Shown: in pieces, positions 21,001 to 23,236 of the stretch | How the letters are laid out: every line of letters starts with the position of its first letter | Numbering within the stretch: the stretch's first letter is position 1 | DNA from: Puniceicoccaceae bacterium | Lineage (GTDB): Bacteria > Verrucomicrobiota > Verrucomicrobiia > Opitutales > Oceanipulchritudinaceae | Direction of reading: 5' to 3' | Length of the DNA stretch: 64,000 nt | NCBI GenBank assembly: GCA_040830765.1 | Contig: JBFOMH010000019.1 | Span: 128,001-192,000 of the forward strand | The notes under the pieces: generated by a model | The model's database searches: none | Told to the model about the DNA's origin: nothing | The model's input: only the letters and a program-made list of their open reading frames with translations | Made by a program: the position numbers and the translations under genes

Positions 21001-23009
21001 GCAATATTCAGGACATCATCTTGCGACGGACTGACTACTTGCAGATCCACGTGTAGTTCCGTGGCAAAACTGGGAATGTAGAACCAATTGTGGACCCTTG
21101 TCGCTGAGGCTTCATTGAGAATCAGGAAGTGGTTATTGCCGCGACCAAGACCAACACGGGCAGTCTCTCCACCACCGTGGTGGGACCAGCCAGGTTCGAT
21201 ATTAGTCGAATTGGAACTTTCCGGTTCTAAAGGTGGGGTCTCGAAATCACCATGCACAATCTCCAAAGGATCCCATTGAGGCGCCCAACGGACCTCGGTG
21301 AACTGCTGTTCCGACAATCCCAAAACGCGGAGTGCGTCTATGGCAGCAGAACCATCATCGTTTACCAGTTGGTCGGGGGTATTGTCGTGGTTCTGGGGAT
21401 TTGAACTTGCGTTGACATCGCCGAAGAAAACCGGATCCGGCCGCACAGCTGTGCTGGGCATGCTGTCCAATGACTTCGCCGCGGTGCTGTAGGCATATCC
21501 AGTATTGGAAAAAATAGGATTCAAGTCTGTCTCGGGCAAAATCGCACCTTTAGGAATCGTCCCCTGGATAGTCGCCATGTAAAATGTCGACCAGACCCAG
21601 CTGTGGTCGCCCCCAAAATCCTTAGCTAACAATTCGTACTTTTCAGGGAGATAGGGATCGACCAGGAAATTGTAAGCTCCTGGTATTGGCCGGCCTCCTG
21701 GTACTGCAATGCCTCCGATACTATTCTTGTTCTCAGTCTGGTAGTAGACGTCAGCGAATTCGACATTATCCCAAATGGTTGCCCCATACCCGTTTTGGAT
21801 CTGGAAAGTATCGTAGAGAATGGTGTTGAATTGCGGCAGCCCGATCCCAGATTGCCCCTGCAGTTCGTCAATAGGAATCAGGATCTGGTCGAAGTCATGA
21901 GGATCCAGGAAGGTAACGTGGTCGACAGGAACATCATACCGGGCAAGGCGCTCTACAGCTTCACTTGTGACTGCTGAGCCAAAACTGTGCGCGATGAAGT
22001 GCAGTGGAATGTCGTTGGCAGCTCCCAACTCAGGTTCTACCAAGCCCAGCCCGGTTAGCATTGAAAAAAGCGCATCGCCTGCTGCCTCCGTCCATCCGGA
22101 GGTGGGCTCATTTGACTCAACCGCCCAATCAAACAGGAGTATGAGGTGTCCAGATTGACCAACATCCAGAACTGGGTCCGGCAGAATACTTGAATTCACC
22201 TCAGTGCTCGATCGATCAAATCCTCCCGCACCTCCTTGGTCGACTAAATCATAATCCAGCAACCAGGCTTTCTGTACGGTATCACCATTTGAGGTTATTC
22301 TCTGGTGTATTGCCTGGGCCAACTTCCAGAGCGCATCCCCGGATTCTGCCCCATAGTCTTCCAACGCAGCTCGAAGTGAAGGCGTAAGTTCAGGATAGGA
22401 TTTTAGGATGAGATCTATCGTTCCCTCAAATCCCATTTGGAATCCGTGGGTAATCACGGTCACTCCCGTGATGACCAAGTCTTTTAGCTGAGTCGCAATC
22501 TCTTGCAACGACAATAAGGATTGGTCCACTGACTCGAATACTGGTCCATTGTATTGTTCGGATGGAGGCGCCCTCGGCATCAACGATCCAGAAGTTGACT
22601 GATCGGACAAATTTGTCCTGTCCGTTTGATCTCCGGATATACTGCCTGCAGCAGCTGAGTAACTGGTAGTATCCGACAAGAGGAATTGCTCTATGGCTTG
22701 CCCATCAAGTAGTTCAAGGCTCAATTCGGGACCGATCGCATTACCCTCGCTGGAAGTGTCAAAATTCTCCTTTTCCCCGAGAAGTTCCTGGTCTTCCACG
22801 TCGAAAATTCCGTGCTTGTGGGTATCAGACCCATTACCTGCAACGGATATTTCACTCTCAATATCTGCGCTAAATACCTCACTTGTTTGTGCCTGATCTT
22901 CGAAGATATCCTCTTGATAGCCAACAGGCATACCTTCTCCAGAAAGCAAGAGCCGGGGCTCAAGCCTCTCCAAATCGAAACTTCGTCGAGCTGGAATTTT
23001 CTTTGGCAC
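1..23009 (-). CDS. Giant multidomain secreted/surface protein (gene B), LEPR-XLL type; 3' end lies beyond the left edge; >7,660 aa
   Basis: Manual translation of the minus frame with codon starts =2 mod 3 reads open from GTG 23009 (MPKKIPARRSFDLERLEPRLLLS) to position 3, with recognisable domains throughout. None of the minus-strand ORFs listed in 1..23065 is in this frame, consistent with no in-frame stop. An in-frame TGA at 23016-23018 bounds it upstream. The start codon is uncertain. Confidence 0.92.
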   Translation of the reverse strand, partial: MPKKIPARRSFDLERLEPRLLLSGEGMPVGYQEDIFEDQAQTSEVFSADIESEISVAGNGSDTHKHGIFDVEDQELLGEKENFDTSSEGNAIGPELSLELLDGQAIEQFLLSDTTSYSAAAGSISGDQTDRTNLSDQSTSGSLMPRAPPSEQYNGPVFESVDQSLLSLQEIATQLKDLVITGVTVITHGFQMGFEGTIDLILKSYPELTPSLRAALEDYGAESGDALWKLAQAIHQRITSNGDTVQKAWLLDYDLVDQGGAGGFDRSSTEVNSSILPDPVLDVGQSGHLILLFDWAVESNEPTSGWTEAAGDALFSMLTGLGLVEPELGAANDIPLHFIAHSFGSAVTSEAVERLARYDVPVDHVTFLDPHDFDQILIPIDELQGQSGIGLPQFNTILYDTFQIQNGYGATIWDNVEFADVYYQTENKNSIGGIAVPGGRPIPGAYNFLVDPYLPEKYELLAKDFGGDHSWVWSTFYMATIQGTIPKGAILPETDLNPIFSNTGYAYSTAAKSLDSMPSTAVRPDPVFFGDVNASSNPQNHDNTPDQLVNDDGSAAIDALRVLGLSEQQFTEVRWAPQWDPLEIVHGDFETPPLEPESSNSTNIEPGWSHHGGGETARVGLGRGNNHFLILNEASATRVHNWFYIPSFATELHVDLQVVSPSQDDVLNIALLPSDNSAVIHLPSVSLVAQDGAFRSLRLNLPAGFAGREIYRLEVSLDGGSDNAIQAEVHLDNVSLGGGVFTEGRTGDFIEVNLGGQQPSGSTYELVGFDGYTTQENPSGSWAIYDGTELIGTLFTEFEYDNSPTGTFASTGIFHFAPSTALGVTDVDPASRGFQGFLTGNYRVNGGAARSFTIQVDRGYSQTGEFAVQAGTDALNVLRVQQRLNFLGFPSALGNELPLSGQIGSGTAHAIGLFNGAVSFKTSASAAIEHTPSNELLPTWLNDPNAPGWEQFSDNQSEGLDVQMGVDGKAQLEDWGTSWAAEIIYRAANLLESAGPALELRSASLRQGGDTPLHGPPDDQDDLHELGLQIDFEVPDNTPITFIEVSNRPFDENGNLRTDGSRTYTPFFGVLESDSTGQLMTYVAAPGGDSFVIVENPDGSYRAADSSVAGFDWSTALQAREAFYSEIILWEIADLLIDADKYDSSWIRTQFVALRDAAASSPASIDSIYFNDPRFWEGESLAVDGLTIDYRETNWGIYQVNFTPPPATEILSEPLQATILDGIRALVRVLSENIAASELAKEIPGLVELIQRDNGELAKAARSIYDLIEIYDKLNESLIQPIENYFSGDTAPTRFGLIETLKKQSFIHDGMEWSPILDENFEIVIEGGNEILFQNIVFKGQRTLDAALDLGDAADNLNIGLDLDSNTTVDLELALELAFTFGIDLSVDQVSSNAFFISSARNSEGAVLPLLSLSAKAVAGPDSNPIDVTARLGELKTQVDSANATLDFLLTTELNFVDPNSDGRVTVAEMLASSLDELIAMDCGDVRFDLNLPLIVKIGRYERKLDGFSTSIDTDLCIDPDTFFDFQFNPDWLKFDGLKSGDPGSGSFDFGRFSLFDGFDLLGLFDQLSGWFTQFGQGPAFSGFDFSFLKNLRLPDLGDITLPDVSLDKLLDFFRYIGELFDGLKLELGSPGFDSLQGIQLDFPAFSAIDFDMPSGVLTFQIDFRHTFEALTAELDFSEGLGDLVNISTDGTLSIVPELATNFVFGIRIPESRRELTSGTALSELNNDNGVRGVVPGLDDIGFQLADGTVFPISLDGLSTIGAVVDSILQAEGQFVPALAESLYDSRDDALDLNRFSLLDQVTGLVFRSGQDEHWLRFTLEEPGESGDSLTLEGFGLSELIIELIDNAGDTIRLTSGDLPEIDLRELEPGDYFLRVYGGDAGLAYNLKVSSSSGPATDTLHVGQNISVRLSGDSNNLAFQDLTDGAGTFSIIALNGSTAGAPGFGLGILSTDNDRDGLITGAPLLSNSLSENFFIRDFELSAEFGFQASDVDALADLQFFNVGIQDGSGSGRATLVIKAKDPSREMTFKEIWESVSKPEEALFEVGSYTDPGKTEFQARPSGTLNIELPVRLRPASLHNALVKEGTEPLIVVSWTDIFDVASLSVTLEDFPELDKLKELAFQKIVQGLRELQASIDEFENNDLFSQEIILLEKSINDLVDLSDVFGGIVDQIEGSGILTIADLERVLSNALFEISNGKERSSGLLAGPPVLNGGWSISGTESTFGAVTEFVIVEGIEDPGFIPVSLAFDPLTDVDAANNTIQFGTPHNLSEGDRIVFVRTFGSSDVTGLEDGKPYTAVIVDENTIRVRGEDDGEMVALGSPGNPTNTLVFEVDSESPLVAGNSYFIEFELLERNGDVGQLVLENVLEGQEDLVILQANEDLPGRYKVVWEQGQDAANLTIRATAGFAGVIDGLIVQSRSVSFEDNLLQVEFDFRDRGSQELPLNFNLAPLELGNIPSSLISAGGDLTLAHLIDLDFDFAIELSDPLSPQFYLRDSSQVTVGTKLDTDNLDFSAGFGGLGVHIVGGSVQLSNPNPQNPEDDLATWELTLNRGSFDLGNTGETSDSLYHLLVEMDSEVDLKQTLSGRLSASLPTFSPTKTNPIGSFELEVPSLEAFFVALFDDNVPLQSGVDGQYTYSLPDFQGALDEFLGDFTNAWGSITGGWDAFLAFLEDAVDREIFGIEIPLIGDQLKEASPFLSDLRSAMKGLGEPGTRDQLKERLLEALGPDNLNLLKDSDGDFDVDLDDILVVAENTNAENLEFNLLLGKSLEIIDPNDTPINVDLGLPGLGLDIDGSVQLELAFEFFLTFGINKNKGFYFGTNRTNELSIQLEAALPDLSARGTLLFLELDVADNGTEVSGHINIDLKDGGDGDGRLYLSELANSNGQLFSADLSVEAEIELHLLTSFAGNPRFPSLRTDLSVYWDFEGDENGRLPGSVPIIEFNNVAINAGSFFNDLFGPLLEDIDAFLDPVREPLKFLTNPLPALDQLGLRLSILDIASIFGEDTEYEGTINFIRSVVELAELADSLSASSERDGWIKMGDSDPSSPDFTIDGNHALDGQMSGKLNPENAKSGGSKLNELLGKGAGKDLEKSESLKFLFPLFETPALAFQLLMGKNVDLVVLDLPKFAINFPWELQPWIPIFPPWPVFLRMTAHVGAFADLSFGFDTKGIRTYIENGASDPADILDGLYIGDLDENGKDRPEFGLTAGFAATAEVNIFVAAAGVGGGIFSNIDLNLNDPDGDGRVRWSELERNLAVGPLWIFDVSGAITFDVFAYLKIGYETFIKFITIYEESLRYSATIINWNIPRPNTTPVLASNNEGVLTLHIGESAARRKPGGAGNAVVDAKDGDENFRVLPGATPDSVIVRAFGVEQSYSGVSRIVARAGQGNDSIYIDPGVVIPVVLHGGPGNDQLTAGGGNASLYGDEGVDVLLGGIAADYLDGGGGNDDLSGNGGNDLLIGGPGNDNLEGGAGNDTLRGLAGIDRLEGGFGDDWLDGGDGDDSLVGSLGNDDLLGGAGNDILIGNRGNDRLDGGPGDDDLQGDENNDQLIGGLGNDYLFGGRDFDTIWGDEPDDEVNGGDDIIWGGRGNDIIYGGAGNDRIFGGVDIGQYAVASVGAGSDRIIGGAGADTIYAGNDGKGSGVDTGNTIYGDLENSADPGGMPTEHSDTIFGDSGDDMIFAGFGDDMVYALQGDDLVLAGRGDDTIVAGSGRDSVFAGSGDDLVLGETGDDFLAGEIGDDRLSGGIGSDVIWGGFADLQREDFESTPESIAFELPRESLEAEARFPTGYDAPLIMPVAVLQVSLGGYFMDGQDSIDGGTGTDWIFGGGSVDTLFGGEGDDYIDGGAGNDEISGGGGDDIIRGGLNSDILHGDAGIDQLIGDPGADFLYGDAGDETTGATRGQRLFGGSGIDYLYAWAASIDPAREILLEGEQLFGGSDGDWLYGNLRQDVIDGGGGNDYIHGDYLAGPVYERNRDASISGGDDRLFGGTGEDQLYGGGGNDTLWGGADSDWLEGQNGLDNLYGGAWIDILVLDTEFDYTSEGGTFDGHFGNASENDVPDDNATDILQIRGTAYDDTIRIGQVSQDDNRLVVQILTVVKAESSTAPDSGISASGEASLFSLEVIAEWKDSSGNPLVEQFRIAGLSGDDIIEFVDEPGDFHPLDIGQLANRGANVKDFIGVIDGGSGDDTLTGTSGRDRIDGGEGSDTLYGLAGNDRLWGGETTASDDHDILYAGPGNDDLIGGSGTNELYAWSRNPHTEPFGIFLVDEQTGEILIDEQSGKPVLEDTGLNRMLGGKGNDKLYGGTGLDFMYGNGGDDTLYTRDGVAFENVESQFNERGDEWKLYAKSTDQVWYYSGTNLPDVIRVDYVTEPGLIGEHHLITRLTENNGNFTFDAEVQLSFFATDADGNRIWDQYDTLFGFSGIESSDAETRGIALAAADSESRKSEADRREARDLVNSLLPPEADFLAILIDALDGNDEVVVGPTVTKTVWVDGGDGDDVILINSGTPILIDKTEKQVFELPDETRLELRNDEPFVAVSTGGTTIQLTTAYELSDGIKGSTAFSGLTIDNPDDKDNYLFSIADGIVLNPGDAIVINSLSITDQIHFKLFEWTGTDWTAVTGGESTSDGRIDLYQEGTPIINPEGEYLLQVTSNRTPTRYEILFDLIATPDAVDLSASNNEFSSAHEIADIEFKERIAGLNLHDSAEQDADWFWFDIPEQGIQAQRLPDQLVKLVDLNDSGLTLALFNEFQEAIPSVGTGSELNLSNLDPGRYYLLVSGNPGRYELLTSIGRSGIDTEDLSAFEIQDLAPSLQVVRQDVLLGGNGNDVLIGGAYEDWIFGGDGNDVLSGGYDNQASDILWGGSGDDIFQIILDQLPLVESAGRGLNPTGGTFVPTLVDRLDGGDGEDQVLFLGGDYDRFGQPVPDHVAIRYNTVLHRYELTALLWDLANHRFVTEPAFGGGEQYAQHYAFYQAVNIESTVIDTRAGDDVVHGNPGYILNGSEWGIAPQARPQGATIAALTILGGDGNDLLFGGAEDDFIDGGDGNDYIAGGEGSDELFGGPGDDLVSGNSQQEDPYEWVLRNGVIGSNDELEFAAKLEDFTADSPIYATFNAGDGADWYLIRTPPHLEQMSLQAAKAGVQGAITVVFKGAAEQGIFEQEEIANLLIDVYAATYQDGIVQLSTDTVASPEYFLVRVRNVATFGLTGAEIQIDGEINERLVLFLTEGGGDIRVEESRPVLIDPNAFNFSTTTIDGRIDLLNASLQDTDWRDDFSITIGDYKDVFAYRYGNKIGLFPLDGSRLRISMGSGNIVREGSFFADGSPAEQPVSSTLISLPITEEPSSPWLGNEKSSIDLGTAYVRSDGAFSTRNPERGTIVQRLETIPGRTYAVFAEVWTISALHRVAQTTEFDFANPDFSTGKSVIDWDHSSGKFYGSFVAEGEVTFLLLQTEIDYYDAVAAFEEVVVMPIDEAGQVNPEFGFTSGQTNRLLEPAMGTYSISFNFDSGVFGTDLAGGGDGDPEFIEFSPATPLNILAGNEDNLPFAEGGTARGSLTISYNIGDINGDSYDDFMFREDPNARDQSEQFAYILFGPLESQNSPAIADTADIIVDIGSIGVPSEHMGDVDGDGIDDLIFLNAYSKDIGVITIIRGDGSAWPRDLSALTILDLPDDRIYQIQNVTAPEEVSIQAVNWNGDSDEDLLLTYQRAVERLENGGFLPDGGGWFLQGDAEYSEGYGLARTQLNNNWGGFYQQFDTIPGRVYTITGYVENLNPLQPWTVAVTGNLEVVGFHSGYFEATFLATSQASTISLLADYYFRTGPNNEPDPDGQPLVRFDDFSITETAAIVFSGDEVSRIGTFEFTEYILNDPGNLLARISGDSIYRQYGSSSLSSSNVGDVNGDGLEDVFFIDSAINRGYLVYGNAEGESGNLLELNPNTSGVEVWQSELFSTPFIEPRIYGLGDINKDGYDDFAVAHQHDLNHFVYEDGFIGGAFIIYGAQDLRADPQYPGDPFLSSYPVQGIRIGWEQGGLPKGALSVSAGDFNADGYIDLAIGEPRNRIYVGPDQSVSDSNGSVYIFHLDETTSQGIHTLSLQEPILRGTSYAPLFGTMPLAPVGDVDGDGIDDLLIGAAGYDSSEVINAGAIYLLPGERLKGFESTPPADTLSNLSVSGSGEFLIEDSRPLPKGILTENQSEGWYQFTTLGDGGAQDRISISPAHDPANSISFNGISNEAGRGATRFEFDLSPLLPYFSDGEESRIGTINLVIEFAQSFQFIVAGVATSQIELYALAVEGDGTASLDVQSSRTHLGDYTIRGGPTLFEVPTEHIRSFIEGGRTRIVFEIEFGGGSGDIIALPYHEARGISAFSKTGLSADISSRPGLLADLYSDTGDLIAASQAEISLAGLEAGHYFLRVFRAEPEIISGGINPGPAPSEPLDLFEFNGWLYFSAEDGRNGRELWRTNGSVTELVRDINPGVADSNPSGFVLFDGWLYFSASSYSSGNELWRTNGEITELYADINQGLDSSTPRRFTEFNGFLFFTADDGMNGPQLWRIDGSSVPTQPFTDINIGFGLLSGPLNLHPYNGFLYFTADDGESGRELWRTDGLTAPVDPFLDINPAGGSFPTKFMEFDGVLYFLAEDGNGSLPLWRTDGIETRPLSTTKPLELIDIDEYFIFNDGNADRIYMRVYDDNEGDYVLWHTVGQISDPENITLEAVQIQGAYIYNPDDFALFNNQLYFRGQDLDNHIHRTTADGIERVFALNPETNIPWQLNTPWGFTESNGWLYFGADSDLYDVDAGFDIPRFGEEIWRTDGDITELVSPLGSFGGISFGSGSVAWDGYDFEFTPLNGWTYFKANDGINGLELWRTNGSMTELVLREGFAEDYLPPADEVEITFSIEAPKRGEVPPTRFDNDVIYGGEGEDILDGNENRDRLFGESGLDVFVGEPVEIRDRANDAINGEELTVQPLAGESIIDSAIRERDPEVDIPDRNLRAAIATELGLPVTEGWDGLPVFRSPIHVSDLIGFKHLVASGFKLTQERYIRNLSGLEYTRSLNTLVLDFNQIRTIDALEELSELKMLSVDSNLLTNIDVLRNLRALEWLSLDDNGVFAKKVFDDGLLNEVISSAISPDGRLFVLHRLPTGNAQILVYDEGTGVFNNFAELPIGDYFIGTPPVFGADGKVYFISTSFDGETHLNKIYRFDGITSEPLPGPNEDPNGSVFSSVEGVFLRDLAVGPDGSIYASDGSNPRVFVISPFSGTILNQLSIDGTLLSGGASGFTGLVFGPDGNLYAAQGNDLRVIRFPGPGKSLANNASAEVFSETANFIYDLNFGPDGSMYFLNVLDSGGVVFRQGTVDSEDGLVADQGPVVHVTSTSAQETYANWYFDISSTGRLYVPDLGELHQISLLEAGLSSIGELEQLVTLSARGNGIIDISALAGLDKLEVLNLQDNRVSEVDVLIGQFIADNGDTEYSETGDGWSGGDHPGAYGGSYRLVPDAELTGEHMATWSFEGLPSGEYSIYVTWPSHESRSIDSRYSIGSVSLDGDEKPLGQHVVNQGFEPGSDDFNGRKWELLDTVAIYSGILTVTLDNSGNGSFAADSVRVKPADPWLENLQSVDLRGNPLDDHAQTLVETINAEEVHFDDNLQSPQLDDFPHIFAQPDEILNLDLPAIGVATIDPEGDSITFRAFTDN
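265..690 (-). other. Gene B: golvesin / xanthan-lyase CBD-like beta-sandwich domain
   Basis: IADNGDTEYSETGDGW...AYGGSYR...ATWSFEGLPSGEYSIYVTWP...VVNQ...KWELLDT...VTLDNSGNGSFAADSVRV. Confidence 0.7.
870..1740 (-). repeat. Gene B: six-bladed NHL/Vgb-like beta-propeller
   Basis: AISPDGRLFV, VFGADGKVYF, LAVGPDGSIY, LVFGPDGNLY, LNFGPDGSMY, FDISSTGRLYV at ~140-170 nt spacing. Confidence 0.75.
2440..3800 (-). repeat. Gene B: ELWxxDGT-repeat beta-propeller (about 9 repeats)
   Basis: FNGWLYFSAEDGRNGRELWRTNG, NELWRTNG, PQLWRIDG, RELWRTDG, LPLWRTDG, EEIWRTDG, LELWRTNG, with DINPG linkers. Confidence 0.9.
4620..6370 (-). repeat. Gene B: FG-GAP / integrin-alpha-like propeller with seven Ca-binding loops
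   Basis: GDINGDSYDD, GDVDGDGIDD, NWNGDSDED, GDVNGDGLED, GDINKDGYDD, GDFNADGYIDLAIGEP, GDVDGDGIDDLLIGA...NAGAIYL. Confidence 0.88.
5520..7110 (-). other. Gene B: two CBM4/9-like galactose-binding-fold domains (~5520-5915 inside an FG-GAP blade; ~6640-7110)
   Basis: LENGGF...GW...FYQQFDTIPGRVYTI...RFDDFSIT and IVREGSF...IVQRLETIPGRTYAV...AFEEVVV share a Q-x-x-x-TIPGR-x-Y motif. Confidence 0.55.
7830..12860 (-). repeat. Gene B: RTX / hemolysin-type Ca-binding nonapeptide blocks (main block ~10900-12860; others ~10070-10490, ~8430-8580, ~7830-7975)
   Basis: Dozens of GGxGxDxL/I repeats, e.g. LHGGPGNDQL, LDGGGGNDDL, LEGGAGNDTL, IYGGAGNDRI, LYGGGGNDTL. Confidence 0.95.
8680..9350 (-). other. Gene B: tandem PPC (pre-peptidase C-terminal)-like domains; further copies near 17320-17690, 7420-7770 and 3820-4480
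   Basis: DKDNYLFSI...GEYLLQV; NNEFSSAHEI...DADWFWFDI...LDPGRYYLLVSG; DEHWLRFTL...LEPGDYFLRVYG; EGWYQFT...LEAGHYFLRV. Confidence 0.7.
13100..19370 (-). repeat. Gene B: about five large degenerate units (helical part plus amphipathic beta strands), several with EF-hand-like loops
   Basis: Recurring EIP/PLP...L-x-F-x-FG-x-D...FF/FY...DP-x-x-DGR-x-x-x-x-E pattern; DPNSDGRVTVAE at 18603-18638 and DPDGDGRVRWSE at 13269-13304. Confidence 0.6.
19390..20390 (-). other. Gene B: peptidoglycan-binding domain (~20260-20385) followed by a MepA/LAS-type peptidase-like domain
   Basis: VLRVQQRLNFLGF...LPLSGQIGSGTAHAIGLFN (PG_binding_1-like); WGTSW...SLRQGGDTPLH...HELGLQIDF (Hx6D, H at 19938-19940, D at 19917-19919)...IYFNDP. 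Confidence 0.7.
20800..21265 (-). other. Gene B: carbohydrate-binding-like jelly-roll domain
   Basis: IVHGDFE...PGWSHHGG...VHLDNVSL framing, typical of galactose-binding-like modules. Confidence 0.5.
21580..22470 (-). other. Gene B: alpha/beta-hydrolase (lipase/esterase-like) domain
   Basis: VTVITHGF (HGF 22440-22448), LLFDW, LHFIAHSFGS (AHSFG 21978-21992), VTFLDPH (D 21903-21905), FADVYY, GGDHS (H 21603-21605). Confidence 0.85.
22941..22979 (-). other. LEPR-XLL (planctomycete-extracellular-type) N-terminal motif of gene B
   Basis: FDLERLEPRLLLS preceded by basic residues (KKIPARRS). Confidence 0.9.
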
Positions 23010-23071
23010 TGAAGGTCACGGAGAGCTACGCTTAGACCCTGTAAGGTCGCGAACAATACTTTCATATCAGC

Positions 23072-23079
23072 TCACCTCC
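23072..23079 (-). promoter_or_regulatory. Strong Shine-Dalgarno GGAGGTGA, 6 nt before ATG 23065
   Basis: Minus strand reads CTGGAGGTGAGCTGATATGAAA; this ATG opens the 114 aa ORF, not the gene B frame. Confidence 0.65.
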
Positions 23080-23236
23080 AGTGGTCAAGAATTTACATTA
23101 ATACTATCTATTAAAATCGCTAATACTTAGGGCCTCCGCTTATCCCGACATCGTTGACTTTAGATGAGTCTTGGAGGAACCGATACGCCCCTCTTTCGAG
23201 GCCTCCAGGCAAGGTGAGCCGGTTAACCAAACCGGA

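Noticed and set aside
10..23012. Many short ORFs on both strands over the left third of the window
   Set aside because: All overlap the continuous gene B frame and are alternate-frame or antisense shadows.
22721..23065. 114 aa ORF as an independent protein-coding gene
   Set aside because: Most of it overlaps the clearly coding gene B frame and it has no recognisable motif; kept only as a start-site or regulatory question.
23130..23210. Possible c-di-GMP-I riboswitch (CUC-GAAA-GAG...GGCG)
   Set aside because: It has a GAAA tetraloop but lacks the flanking GCAAA elements and a clear second stem; an Rfam scan would be needed.
23219..23235. Rho-independent terminator after gene A
   Set aside because: Only a 6-bp stem and no U-tract on the minus strand.
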